55,114 nt of DNA from Candidatus Binatia bacterium (lineage in GTDB: Bacteria; Desulfobacterota; Binatia; Bin18): assembly GCA_963666315.2 (NCBI GenBank), contig CAXXHG010000017.1, positions 1-55,114 of the forward strand, read 5' to 3'. The position numbers and the translations under genes are program-made. This document shows positions 41,047-50,868 of the stretch, in pieces. Under the pieces are notes generated by a model. It was given only the letters and a program-made list of their open reading frames with translations, searched no databases and was not told where the DNA came from. Numbering within the stretch: the first letter of the stretch is position 1; each line of letters opens with the position of its first letter.

Positions 41047-43062
41047 TTACACCCGCGCAAAATACGAGCGTGCTCGCCCCAACGCTATGAGCGGAAAGTA
41101 GTGGCGGTACATATTGTAGTTGATCATAAAGCCGCGCTGGAGTTCGGTCCCCTGCATAAAGCGTTTTTTCATTTCTTGGACCTGCATATTCGTTCGTAAG
41201 CCTGTGCCGTAGCCGGGAAAACCAGTGCCGGTGTAATACGGCTCATCCCAGGTGCCGTCTTGTTGGGTACGTAGGAGGTAGTCGAGTCCTGTACGAATGG
41301 GGGCATCAAATGCGTGTCCGTCTACCGAGAGCAACGCCATGAGTGCCCAGGCGGTCTGGGAGGCCGTACTCGGCCCTTTGCCGCGTAAACGGTCGTCCAT
41401 ATACGAGGCACACGTCTCACCCCAACCGTCGTCTGCGTTCTGGTGATCCACAATCCACTGACCGGCTTTGTGGACATAGGCCGTGCTCATATCTTCGCCA
41501 ATAGCTTTGAGTGCCGGCAGGACTGCGGCCGTGCCATAGATATGATTCACGCCCCAACGACCGAACCAACTGCCTTCCGGCTCTTGATCCGCCAGAACGT
41601 AGGCAAGGGCACGGGCCATAGCGGGATGCGATTTGTTATACCCCAGCAGACCAAAGGCTTCGAGCACGTGGGCGGTCACATCGACACTGGGAGGATCGAG
41701 CGCCTCTCCGAAATCACAGAACGGAATCTTGGTCAGTAGAACCTTGTCGTTGTTTTTATCAAACGCAGCCCAGCCGCCGTTGTCTGACTGCATCGCCAGC
41801 ACCCAGGCTTTGGCGCGCTCAATCGGTTCATCAAAGCGCGTATCCCCAGGGCTCTGCTCGCGTAAATGCGCCAGGACGATCAGGGCCAGCGCTGTATCAT
41901 CAACATCCGGATACGCGGCATTCTCGCGCTCAAACGCCCAGCCGCCAGGACTTGCGGTCGGGACTTTTACTTGCCAGTCACCCCCCGTACTGACTTCTTT
42001 GCTCAAGATCCACTTCAGCGCGTGCTGCATGGGTTCCGACTGTTGGACCTGAAAATCACAATCGATCATGGCCAGCAGGGACAGCAGCGTATCCCAGATG
42101 GGAGATTCACTAGCTTGAATATGTAAACTCCCGTCACGTTCGTACGACCAGTGGTCGTCGATAGCGGAGAGTCCTTTGGCTACGACGGGATGCGAGAGCG
42201 GATAGCCTTCAATATTGAGGACCATGAGGCTGTAAATCCACGGGGGTTGAATCCCGCCCCACGCACCGTCTGCGTCCTGGTGCCGTATGATCCATTCCAG
42301 GCATTGCCGAACCGCGACTTCGCGACCCCGTATGAAACCAAATTTCAGACCGAGTTTTTGATACCAATGCAAGCATGCATTTGCCGTAAAAAAGAAGACT
42401 GGCCAGAAACCCGACCGCGACGGCAGGTCATAATTCATTTGCTCCCGACCATCCGGAAAGAGTTCGTCTAAGCGGCACTCTGGTGGCAGCGGGCGGCCGA
42501 CGTGCCGAGCTGACAGAATGGTCAGCGGCAGAATTGTTGCCCGTGCCCATGAAGCAAAATTATAAATGCTGAACGGAAACCACTTGGGAAAAAATACCGC
42601 TTCGGGCGGAAGATTGGGTGTTTTCTCCCACGGCCATTCACCGATCAGGGCGAGCCAATAACGGGTGAAAACGCGGATCTCACTGAGACCTCCATGGGCA
42701 AAGATCCAGTCGCGGGCTTTGCGCAGGCGGCCGTCGTTTGGGGGGAAGCCGTTTGCGCGTAAGGCCGCATAGCATTCAACGGTTGTATTAATGTCACCGT
42801 CCGGCGCGTCGTAATAGATTTCCCACGCGCCGTGTTCGCGCTGGGCATTGAGCAAGGTCTGAACAATCTTCTGCTTATGAGGATGTTCATAGCTCAGGAA
42901 GTGCATGGCCAGCAGCCACTGGGCTTCCATGCAGCAGTTGGACTGCAGCATGCCGACCCAGTAACCATCTTCGGCCTGCTCTCGGTACAACCAGGCCGTC
43001 GCGGCGTTGATGCCTTCGTCCAGGCTGGGCGCTATGTCCTGTGCGGCTATCGTGGCTGACAT
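41047..43062 (-). CDS. shc: Squalene-hopene cyclase
   Basis: Catalytic YPDVDDTA, QW-type repeats (Q..DGAWGG, QSDNGGW, QEPEGSW), FGRWGVN.IYGT, YFPL.AL; start ATG 43062. Confidence 0.96.
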   Translation of the reverse strand: MSATIAAQDIAPSLDEGINAATAWLYREQAEDGYWVGMLQSNCCMEAQWLLAMHFLSYEHPHKQKIVQTLLNAQREHGAWEIYYDAPDGDINTTVECYAALRANGFPPNDGRLRKARDWIFAHGGLSEIRVFTRYWLALIGEWPWEKTPNLPPEAVFFPKWFPFSIYNFASWARATILPLTILSARHVGRPLPPECRLDELFPDGREQMNYDLPSRSGFWPVFFFTANACLHWYQKLGLKFGFIRGREVAVRQCLEWIIRHQDADGAWGGIQPPWIYSLMVLNIEGYPLSHPVVAKGLSAIDDHWSYERDGSLHIQASESPIWDTLLSLLAMIDCDFQVQQSEPMQHALKWILSKEVSTGGDWQVKVPTASPGGWAFERENAAYPDVDDTALALIVLAHLREQSPGDTRFDEPIERAKAWVLAMQSDNGGWAAFDKNNDKVLLTKIPFCDFGEALDPPSVDVTAHVLEAFGLLGYNKSHPAMARALAYVLADQEPEGSWFGRWGVNHIYGTAAVLPALKAIGEDMSTAYVHKAGQWIVDHQNADDGWGETCASYMDDRLRGKGPSTASQTAWALMALLSVDGHAFDAPIRTGLDYLLRTQQDGTWDEPYYTGTGFPGYGTGLRTNMQVQEMKKRFMQGTELQRGFMINYNMYRHYFPLIALGRARSYFARV

Positions 43063-43248
43063 AATCGGATCATTCTCCCTCGCCTCCCTCGGGTTATAGT
43101 TGCGGCACAGATTATTGCATAGGGATGAGCAGGCTTCTAGTTGACCGCTTGAGAAAGGAGGAAAGACAGGTGAAGGATGACGATCTTGCTCGCTAACCGC
43201 GATCCGGCATAATATGCCGGACGATCCATGCAAAAAGGGGAGGCCGTT

Positions 43249-44079
43249 ATGGGGATACAAGACGCGGCGGAAACATTCGAGCCGTATAGATTCCAGACGC
43301 GCAACATTAACGAGGGCGAGAACAAAGCCCATACCAGAGAGGGTGCCCAAGCCTTGGGCTTGCGGGGCTCGATCGTGGGTGGTGCGCTGGTGTATGGGCA
43401 GATGATCCGCCCGCTGATTCAACGCTACGGTGAGCAGTGGCTCGGCTGCCACTGGTTTGACCTGCGCTTCAAATCCCCCGCTTATGATGATGACTGGGTT
43501 ACGTCGTCCATTACTCCGGATGTGGACAGTGACCAACCGCACGCTTTTTCAGTGAGAGCGATAAACGAGGCCGGACAGGAACTGATTGCCATGCAAACTC
43601 ACATTCCTGAGGCACCTCCTGGGGTGGACGCTTTGGCAGGACTCGAACCGATAGACTGGGAAGGCGAACGTGTACACGGGACTTGGGAGCGGATGGAACT
43701 CAACACACCGTTTCGGCGCTTCCGCTGGAAGTTGAGTCTATCGCAGCAGTTGAGCTATTGTGAGCGGACGCAGGAGGATGTGGCTATCTTTCGTGAGGGT
43801 GAGACGCCGCCGGTCCATCCTGGTCTGGTCATGGCGCACGGCAGCTTTGCCGTCCAGCATCAATTTGTCATGCCGTTTTGGATACATACCGGAAGTACGA
43901 TCCTGACGCGTGGGATCATTCGGGTCGGTGATGAGGTGGAGCTGCGCTGTGTGCCGATTGTAAAATGGAAGCGTAAAGACAATGAATGGGTGAAGTTTTA
44001 CCAGGTTTATGTGGTGAACGGTCAGCCCCTGGTCGAAGTCTGGAAGTCGTCGATTACGAAGTTCGTACCGCGCAGTTAG
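43249..44079 (+). CDS. Double hotdog-fold hypothetical protein
   Basis: ENKAHT.EGAQALGLRGSIVGG, LRFKSPAYD, PVHPG, PFWIH; GGAGG SD before ATG 43249. Confidence 0.7.
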   Translation: MGIQDAAETFEPYRFQTRNINEGENKAHTREGAQALGLRGSIVGGALVYGQMIRPLIQRYGEQWLGCHWFDLRFKSPAYDDDWVTSSITPDVDSDQPHAFSVRAINEAGQELIAMQTHIPEAPPGVDALAGLEPIDWEGERVHGTWERMELNTPFRRFRWKLSLSQQLSYCERTQEDVAIFREGETPPVHPGLVMAHGSFAVQHQFVMPFWIHTGSTILTRGIIRVGDEVELRCVPIVKWKRKDNEWVKFYQVYVVNGQPLVEVWKSSITKFVPRS

Positions 44080-44443
44080 CGGTAAGCAAAAAAGGCTCAG
44101 CATCTACAAAAGCCGGGTGCCCAAAGCGCGGGCAGACCCCGCCGAAAGTGCTATCCGATATGATGCGAACCCTGGGTGAATCTTGCTGGGATTTGATGCG
44201 TCTATAGATACAGAGTCCCGCTTTTCCTCTTTCTCCATGAGAAGTGGGACGGCCTACCCTCTGGCGGGTAGGGTCTGGTCTCCTTTCCTCCCTATCCGCC
44301 GGGGGGTTTTTCAACCCGGCTCCCCGTGAACAGTCTTCCAGGGACGACAGGTTGACGTCCTTCATCTTTTTTTGCTTTGTTGCTGACACAGTGGTGTCGA
44401 GTTGGGCGAGAGGGCTCACTTCCACACAGAGAGGAGAGGGCAG

Positions 44444-44953
44444 ATGTTCTCCAAACGAGCAGTTGTTATTGGGGCGCTTCTCATCTTGTTCGGCCTGCCC
44501 GGGCCTAGTCGAGGCGATGACCTGAGCGATTCGAAAGAGGTTTTCGACTTAGGCGTTAAAGCCGTGAACGCGCGCAGGTTATCTCTGTTGGCAACGACGT
44601 TTGATCGCCGCTTGTCGGTCTATGCGCCGCATACGCCGACGCTCGTTGGACGCGATCAATACCTGGAGCATTTGCGCAATGTGTTTGGCCTATACGATGA
44701 ATTTACCGTGCATCCAGCTGAGACCGACTTCCAGGTAACAGGAGATACCGCTGTAGTGACGAGCAAATATGTCGTGACCATACGGCCTCCCAAGCGTCAG
44801 CGGTCAAGCACCGTGTTGGCTCGTCTCTCGACAACCTATAAGAAGATCGATGGCGAATGGCTGGCGCTTGAAATCCATTCGTCTATTCCGCTTCTGCCCG
44901 TTGTGCCTGTAGGTGAGCTAGCGGATCGACCGGGATTTTTTTGGGGTGAGTAG
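44444..44953 (+). CDS. Exported NTF2/DUF4440-like protein
   Basis: N-terminal signal-like hydrophobic stretch; GDTAVV, RLSTTYKKIDGEWL..HSS. Confidence 0.75.
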   Translation: MFSKRAVVIGALLILFGLPGPSRGDDLSDSKEVFDLGVKAVNARRLSLLATTFDRRLSVYAPHTPTLVGRDQYLEHLRNVFGLYDEFTVHPAETDFQVTGDTAVVTSKYVVTIRPPKRQRSSTVLARLSTTYKKIDGEWLALEIHSSIPLLPVVPVGELADRPGFFWGE

Positions 44954-45003
44954 GGGGTGCGTTTGGGTGATCGACATTCCCGACATTCCCATAGACCACT
45001 GGA

Positions 45004-45593
45004 TTGATTATAGTGCCCTCCTCATCTAAAGAAGGAGAACGCATCTTGCAGGCAGACAGTGAGCAACTTCAGGCAGAATTGGCGTTGCGCGGTCTCGTGC
45101 TGGGCGATGGCGTGTGTGTCAGCCAGGTCATCCAGGCAGCCTCCGACCGTGTCTGGCAGGCCATCTCGCAACCCGGTCATCTCAAACAATGTCATCCGTT
45201 TTGCCGGGAAATCGTCGTTCTCCAGTGGCCGGGTGTCGGTGCGAAAGATACTCTTACGTACTACAGTGGCGTCCATTATCAACGCGACTTTGTGACGTGG
45301 ATTGAGGGAGTGGGATACGATATAGAAGTCGGTCCCCCACCGGATAAGACCGCACGCGGTTGTGGCGCATCAAAGCGCTGAGCGAGCAGCGCAGCGAGTT
45401 GACGATCGAGGTGCTGCCGTACTTAAAATCGGACTTGTCCGAAAGGCGTAGACAGTCCTATCAACGACGGTTTTTTGGCGACGCGATTGCCCAGTATCTC
45501 AAGAGCGTCGTCCAGGGCGTCAACTACTTCGTTACCACTGGCCAAGCCGTGCGAAAGAATCAGTTCGGCAGACACCCGATTTACTCCGATTGA
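45004..45593 (+). pseudogene. SRPBCC-like protein with one frameshift near 45358
   Basis: VWQAISQPGHL..CHPFC, W.EG.GY in ORF 45004..45381 continues as LWRI...YLKSV..G..Y..TTG..V..NQFG.HP in ORF 45360..45593. Confidence 0.6.
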
Positions 45594-45616
45594 GCACGGC
45601 GCGTAAGGAGGCAAGT

Positions 45617-46669
45617 ATGGATTTCGGATTTATTTCTCTCTCAAATGTTGAAAACTATAAGGCCGTTGTTTTGGCTGAGACCAAAGGCTATACGCACGCT
45701 TGGTTTGGCGACTCCCAGATGGTCTGGGCCGATGTCTACCAGTGCATGGCGCTGAGTGCGGTCAAGACGACGACAATCAAACTGGGCACGAACGTGACCA
45801 ATCCGAGTTCCCGTATCGCACCGGTCACGGCCTGTAATTTTGCGACTCTGAACGTCCTGGCCCCAGGTCGGGTGATCATGGGCATCGGGACGGGGAATAC
45901 CTCCCGACGCACGCTCGGTATGCCAGCGGCTAAGCTCGCAGACCTACGCTCGCATGTGGAAGTCTGCCGCGGGCTGCTAGACGGCGAGACGGTTCCGTAT
46001 CAGGAGGGCGAACGACTGCGTATGATCTGCTTTCTTGATCCTGATAGTGGCATGATCAACGTGCAAGAGCCCGTTCCGATTTACGTTGCCGCCAGCGGAC
46101 CCAAGACCCTCGAGCTTGCGGGTGGAATCGGCGATGGAGTGATCCTGTTCGGGACTGTTGGCGATAGTCTCTTAGAGTATACCTTAGGCCATATCCGGCG
46201 TGGCGCGGAGCGAGCCGGCAAGCGACTGGAAGACCTGTATATCTTGGTCCTGACCGCCTTTCACCTAACCAAACCTGGGGAGGACTTGGCGGCTCTGCAG
46301 CAGGCGGTCGGGCCGCTGGTGACTTCGGAATGTAATATTTTTGCGCTCTCAGTCAGAGATCGAGAGGAATTGCCGGCAGACATCCGGGATGAACTTATGG
46401 CTTTTAAGGATGCTTACCGCACGCCAGATGCCTCTATCGAGACGCGTCATCTTGATCTCTACAGCGGGTATGTGAGTGAGTTTAAGCCGGAACATGCGCC
46501 ACTAGTGACGGAGAAAATGATCAAGGAGACGACGCTGACGGGGACGCCTGAGGAGATTCGGGCTCGGATTCGCAAGATGGCAGAGCTGGGCGTGAAGCAG
46601 GTGGCGATAGCGGGCGGCGAGCCTGAGATCGTTGATTTCGCCACACACGTGATTGCCGAGATGCAGTAG
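45617..46669 (+). CDS. LLM class oxidoreductase (Mer-like)
   Basis: AWFGDSQ, IKLGTNVTNP, ATLN.LAPGR..GIGTG, PIYVAASGPK..ELAG; AAGGAGG SD. Confidence 0.9.
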   Translation: MDFGFISLSNVENYKAVVLAETKGYTHAWFGDSQMVWADVYQCMALSAVKTTTIKLGTNVTNPSSRIAPVTACNFATLNVLAPGRVIMGIGTGNTSRRTLGMPAAKLADLRSHVEVCRGLLDGETVPYQEGERLRMICFLDPDSGMINVQEPVPIYVAASGPKTLELAGGIGDGVILFGTVGDSLLEYTLGHIRRGAERAGKRLEDLYILVLTAFHLTKPGEDLAALQQAVGPLVTSECNIFALSVRDREELPADIRDELMAFKDAYRTPDASIETRHLDLYSGYVSEFKPEHAPLVTEKMIKETTLTGTPEEIRARIRKMAELGVKQVAIAGGEPEIVDFATHVIAEMQ

Positions 46670-47274
46670 CCCGGCCCGGTGGAGGGCTGCACGGCTGGCA
46701 GGGCGCTGTGATGCGTGCTCACGGACGGTGGGTCCTCAGACGTCTGACCTCGTTTTCTTCCCCATCCGATAGATCCCTTCCGGCTACATGTCCACCTGTT
46801 TCCTTCGTAAGTCGAGTCTGACCCTATTTTCCGAGTCTGACTACTTTCCTAACGGGGCGTTTGATAAGCAAGACCGCCTCGTGGCGGTGACACTCTCGGA
46901 GGTGTCGAAGTACATCGACATAGAGGGATTCCCGGCCCAGCTTGTGGAGCGGGTGGACGACGTGCCTGTTGAGGCCAGCCCGGACATCAAGCAGGTAGGC
47001 TAGATCCCTGAATAGCAGGGGCTGGTTTCCGTTCACCCTTAGTGAATCGAATAATCTACTCTTATAGCAGCAGAATGGGCACAAGTGGCCGTGAGTCTCT
47101 TACAGACAACGCTCATTGCTTGAGGCATTTGGCTCATGAGCCAGAGCAACGAGTATCGGCAAGCCAACGCTGAGGTGCTCAAAAGTGTGGCGGACACGCT
47201 CAACACCTATACCGATGCCCTGAAGCAACTCTTGCAAGAGCGAAGCTAACGAAAAACGCCTCTCGGATCGTGAT

Positions 47275-47302
47275 AAGGAGCTTGGAAACCGGCTCCTTTT
47301 TT
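47275..47302 (+). terminator. Rho-independent terminator-like hairpin
   Basis: AAGGAGC-loop-GCTCCTT followed by a T-run. Confidence 0.55.
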
Positions 47303-47457
47303 ATTGGAGGGTGTATCCCCATGGTCTCGTCCATGTATCGAGGGGCTTGTGAATTTGGAGCCTGAATGACGTAATCGGGGCATGGACACAGCGCCCCCCG
47401 TCACCTCCGATACAAACCACCGCCTTCCGGCTGAGATTCGGGTCCATGCGGGGGGTC

Positions 47458-47889
47458 TTAAAATGGCCGCTCTTGCTGCGTTTGACGAACCGGTTGGACA
47501 CGGCTCAAAATGAAATTCCGAGAGTCCTGATAATACAAACCCGTGAGTCGCAGCAGGCGCTTTTCCGGCTCTTCTTTGCGCAGCATTTCTAACATATGCG
47601 CTGGGCCTTTGATGTAGAGACTCGGCTTTCGTCTGCGCGTCTCTGACATAAAGCGGCTGAAGGAAAACTGTGGGTTGCGGCTCTCAAGATCGTGTACCCC
47701 AAATCGCAGCGTCTGTCCGCCAACGTCAAGCATGAGCACCCGAGATCCCGGCCCAAATTGGATCATCCCGTACATCTCGACAAGAATGCCGCCGAGCTGG
47801 GCGCGAGCCGGACGCGTGACGACCAGCTGGACACACTGCGCCAAGGTGCAAGCAGCCAGCAATACGTATAAGCGGACGGCAGGTTTCAT
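47458..47889 (-). CDS. Hypothetical exported protein
   Basis: Signal-peptide-like N-terminus (MKPAVRLYVLLAA...ARAQ); directly downstream of the CoA-transferase. Confidence 0.55.
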   Translation of the reverse strand: MKPAVRLYVLLAACTLAQCVQLVVTRPARAQLGGILVEMYGMIQFGPGSRVLMLDVGGQTLRFGVHDLESRNPQFSFSRFMSETRRRKPSLYIKGPAHMLEMLRKEEPEKRLLRLTGLYYQDSRNFILSRVQPVRQTQQERPF

Positions 47890-47928
47890 AGCAGGCAAGA
47901 CGTATTTCAGAGGGCGCACCCTACTGAG

Positions 47929-49146
47929 TTAAGACAGCACTTCAGTGTCCTTAAGAACAGCAATTTCATCTGCCGAATATCCCAGTACCCGTTGCAGGAC
48001 ATCCTCGGTGTCTTGCCCCAGGCAAGGTGCAGGCCGACGCACCGCGCAAGGGGTGTCAGAGAACATCCAGGGCACGCCGGCATGTTGGCGTACGCCGACT
48101 TCCGGATGCGGAAGCTCAGCAAAAAACCCTCGGCCGCGCATATGTTGATCTTCAGCCAATTCCTTATTGGTTAATGCGGGAAAGGCGGCCACCCCGGCGG
48201 CCTGGAGTGTTGTTGTCACGGCTTCATCTGTACGCGTTTCCGTCCACGCCGTGACAGCGGCTTCTAACGCGTCTTCGTGCTGCTTGCGATCGGCAAGCGT
48301 GGCAAAACGTGTATCGTTTGCCAGCTCAGGTTTGCCCATGGCCGCACACAGCTTGTGCCACTCGATGTCATCCGCCACAACAATACTGATCCAGCGGTCG
48401 TCTCCTTGACATCGGAAGAGTCCATGCGGTGCCATATACAAATCTCGGTTGCCTATGCGCTGTGGTGGGCTGCCGTTCATTTCCTGGGCCATGATCCCTT
48501 CGCCCAGGACGGCTACCGAGGTCTCCCATTGTGACAAATCGATATACTGCCCTTCACCCGTACGGGCGCGATGCATCAGCGCAGCCAAAACAGCAAACGC
48601 ACCATGCAGGCCGCCGTTCGGGTCTCCGTATGAAAACCCGACATTCGTGGGCGGAAAGTTTGGAAATCCGGTCAGGGACGCCAAGCCACTCATCGGCACC
48701 TGCGCCGGGCCGTAAGACACATAAGGGCTTTCCGGTCCGGTTGCTCCGTAGCCGGACAGGGCGATCATAATAATGTCAGACTTGATGGCTTTGAGGGTTT
48801 CATACCCCAGCCCCATTTTGTCCATCACACCGGCCGCAAAGTTCTCAGCGACAATATCGCTTGTAGCGACCAGCTTTTTGGCGATTTCAAGACCTTCGGG
48901 TTTTTTGAGGTTGAGGCAAATAGAGTGCTTGCCTTGGTTGTATTGGTTGAAATAGCCACACCGATTTGGCCCCGCCTCGCCATCAGCGCTGGGCGGGATG
49001 CGCCGGGTTATACACAAGCGGCTTTCAGATTCAATCCGAATGACCTCCGCACCGAGATGGGCAAGCTGCACAGTACAAAACGGTCCAGCCCATACCCAGG
49101 TAAAATCCGCAACACGAACGCCTGATAACGGTAACTGCTCAGCCAT
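47929..49146 (-). CDS. CaiB/BaiF family III CoA-transferase
   Basis: PLSGVRVADF..WAGP, LGAEVIRIE, N.GK.SI.LNLK, ENF, GEGQYIDLS. Confidence 0.94.
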   Translation of the reverse strand: MAEQLPLSGVRVADFTWVWAGPFCTVQLAHLGAEVIRIESESRLCITRRIPPSADGEAGPNRCGYFNQYNQGKHSICLNLKKPEGLEIAKKLVATSDIVAENFAAGVMDKMGLGYETLKAIKSDIIMIALSGYGATGPESPYVSYGPAQVPMSGLASLTGFPNFPPTNVGFSYGDPNGGLHGAFAVLAALMHRARTGEGQYIDLSQWETSVAVLGEGIMAQEMNGSPPQRIGNRDLYMAPHGLFRCQGDDRWISIVVADDIEWHKLCAAMGKPELANDTRFATLADRKQHEDALEAAVTAWTETRTDEAVTTTLQAAGVAAFPALTNKELAEDQHMRGRGFFAELPHPEVGVRQHAGVPWMFSDTPCAVRRPAPCLGQDTEDVLQRVLGYSADEIAVLKDTEVLS

Positions 49147-49258
49147 AGTTCTTCACACCTTAATAATAAGCTTAGCGAACGAGGAATTGGGGGTCAGGGG
49201 TTAGGGTCTGGTATGCCTTTTCTTTTCCCATTCCCAACCCCTAGTCCCTCGCCCCAGA

Positions 49259-50494
49259 TTAGATCACATTCGTTTCTTTCAACGATTTCAATTCTTCTGG
49301 CGACAGCCCAAGCTGTCCGCCGTAGATCTCTTCATTATGTTGACCCAGACACGGCGCCGGACTCCGCAGGGCCCAGGGTGAGGCCGAGAACTTATACGGC
49401 GCGCCCGGATAGCGCAGTGAGCCGCCCTCGGGATGGGCAAGCTCAGCGAAAAATCCCCGCGCATTCAGATGTTCGGATTTTAAGAGATCACCCATGGTCG
49501 AGACCGGAGCAAACGGCACACGCCGTTTTTGCGCGCCGTGGTAAACCTCTTGAACCGATTTATCCTGTAGCCAGTCTTCAAGCAGTGGTTTCAGCGCGTC
49601 CCAGTTGACTGAGCGAGACACAAAATCTTGGAATAGTTCAGTGTCCGCCCACTCAGGGTTGCCCATCAACTCCACCGCGTTTTGCCACTGATGCTCCTCA
49701 ACTGCCAGAACATAAATATAGCCATCCCGGCACTGCAGGACATCTTGGGGGATCAAACGAAAGCCGAGCCGTGACGGCGTGGTGTGATCGTACGGCCACG
49801 CAATATAGTTGTTCTCCATAATGGCGACCAAACACTCTTGGACCGAGATATCGATGTGTTGGCCTTTGCCACTCCTCAGGCGTCCATACAGTGCTCCCAG
49901 AGAGGTCAGGCCTGCGTTGACGCCAGCCTGAAAGCCTGCCTGTTGACCAAACGCCTTGAGCGGCGGCAGGTCGGGGCGTCCACCCGCGCCACCGAGGAAA
50001 ACAAGCCCGCCCGCGCTCCACATGGTGAGATCATGCGCCGTATACTCTCGGCGCGGACCGGTTTGTCCAAATGGAGAAATCGACGTCATCACCAGACGTG
50101 GATTGTGGCGGGCAAGCGTTTCATACTCCAGCCCGAGAGCCGACATCTGGGTTGGATGATAATTGTGAACCAAAGCGTCGGCGTCTTGGACAAGCCGCTG
50201 CAACAGTTCTTGGCCTTTGGACGTTTCCAGATTGAGCGTAATCCCGCGTTTGTTTGTATTCAGGTAAAGAAACAGTCCGCTCTTCTCGGGATGGTGGGTA
50301 TTGCCGGGATACGGGCCGCGTTGGCGCGCGCTATCACCACCCGGTTCTTCGACCTTAATGACCTCAGCTCCTAGGTCGGCCATCAACTTGCCTGCATAGG
50401 CGGCGGCAACCATGTGGCCACATTCAATGACGCGAATACCCTGCAGAGGGCCTGGGGGTTGGGAGTTGGGGGTTGAGGAATTGTGTTCACTCAT
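49259..50494 (-). CDS. CaiB/BaiF family III CoA-transferase (second subunit-like paralog)
   Basis: PLQGIRVIE, ADLGAEVIKVE, LNTNKRGITLNL, GKGQHIDIS, APCLGQHN. Confidence 0.94.
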   Translation of the reverse strand: MSEHNSSTPNSQPPGPLQGIRVIECGHMVAAAYAGKLMADLGAEVIKVEEPGGDSARQRGPYPGNTHHPEKSGLFLYLNTNKRGITLNLETSKGQELLQRLVQDADALVHNYHPTQMSALGLEYETLARHNPRLVMTSISPFGQTGPRREYTAHDLTMWSAGGLVFLGGAGGRPDLPPLKAFGQQAGFQAGVNAGLTSLGALYGRLRSGKGQHIDISVQECLVAIMENNYIAWPYDHTTPSRLGFRLIPQDVLQCRDGYIYVLAVEEHQWQNAVELMGNPEWADTELFQDFVSRSVNWDALKPLLEDWLQDKSVQEVYHGAQKRRVPFAPVSTMGDLLKSEHLNARGFFAELAHPEGGSLRYPGAPYKFSASPWALRSPAPCLGQHNEEIYGGQLGLSPEELKSLKETNVI

Positions 50495-50540
50495 ACGTTA
50501 CCCTGTGTGTCTTGACGGAGATTCAAGCCTCATACCTCGC

Positions 50541-50861
50541 CTAATATCTGGTCATCTCGGGTTCGATCTCAATTGCCCAGACATCGATACCGCCGGCGAG
50601 ACTCAATACGTGTTCAAAGTCGCGTTGATGCAGGAAATGGGCGACTTGCAGGCTGCGCACGCCATGATGGCAATACACGACAATCTCGCTATCGGGATCG
50701 AGCTCGTGCAAACGGCTGGGAATGTCTCCCATCGGAATATGGACGGAATTGGGCAGCTGGACCAGCGCGACTTCCTCCGGCTCACGCACATCGAGCAGGA
50801 CACAGTCTGTTCCAACGTTCTGTTTTGTTTGTAATTCTTGGACGGTGATTTCAAACGACAT
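50541..50861 (-). CDS. Single-domain rhodanese (sulfurtransferase)
   Basis: LLDVREPEE, HIPMG, active loop YCHHGVRS, LAGGIDVW; AAGGA SD before ATG 50861. Confidence 0.9.
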   Translation of the reverse strand: MSFEITVQELQTKQNVGTDCVLLDVREPEEVALVQLPNSVHIPMGDIPSRLHELDPDSEIVVYCHHGVRSLQVAHFLHQRDFEHVLSLAGGIDVWAIEIEPEMTRY

Positions 50862-50868
50862 AGTGTCC

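Noticed and set aside
43063-43542. 160-aa N-terminal extension of the squalene-hopene cyclase, and similar extensions of ORFs 21173..22564, 34204..35616 and 52126..53136
   Set aside because: The extensions overlap neighbouring genes and lack family similarity; downstream starts fit better
47121-47123. In-frame TGA in a hydrophobic frame as Sec
   Set aside because: No Cys-type motif, no convincing start or SD, and the context fits a lost Trp
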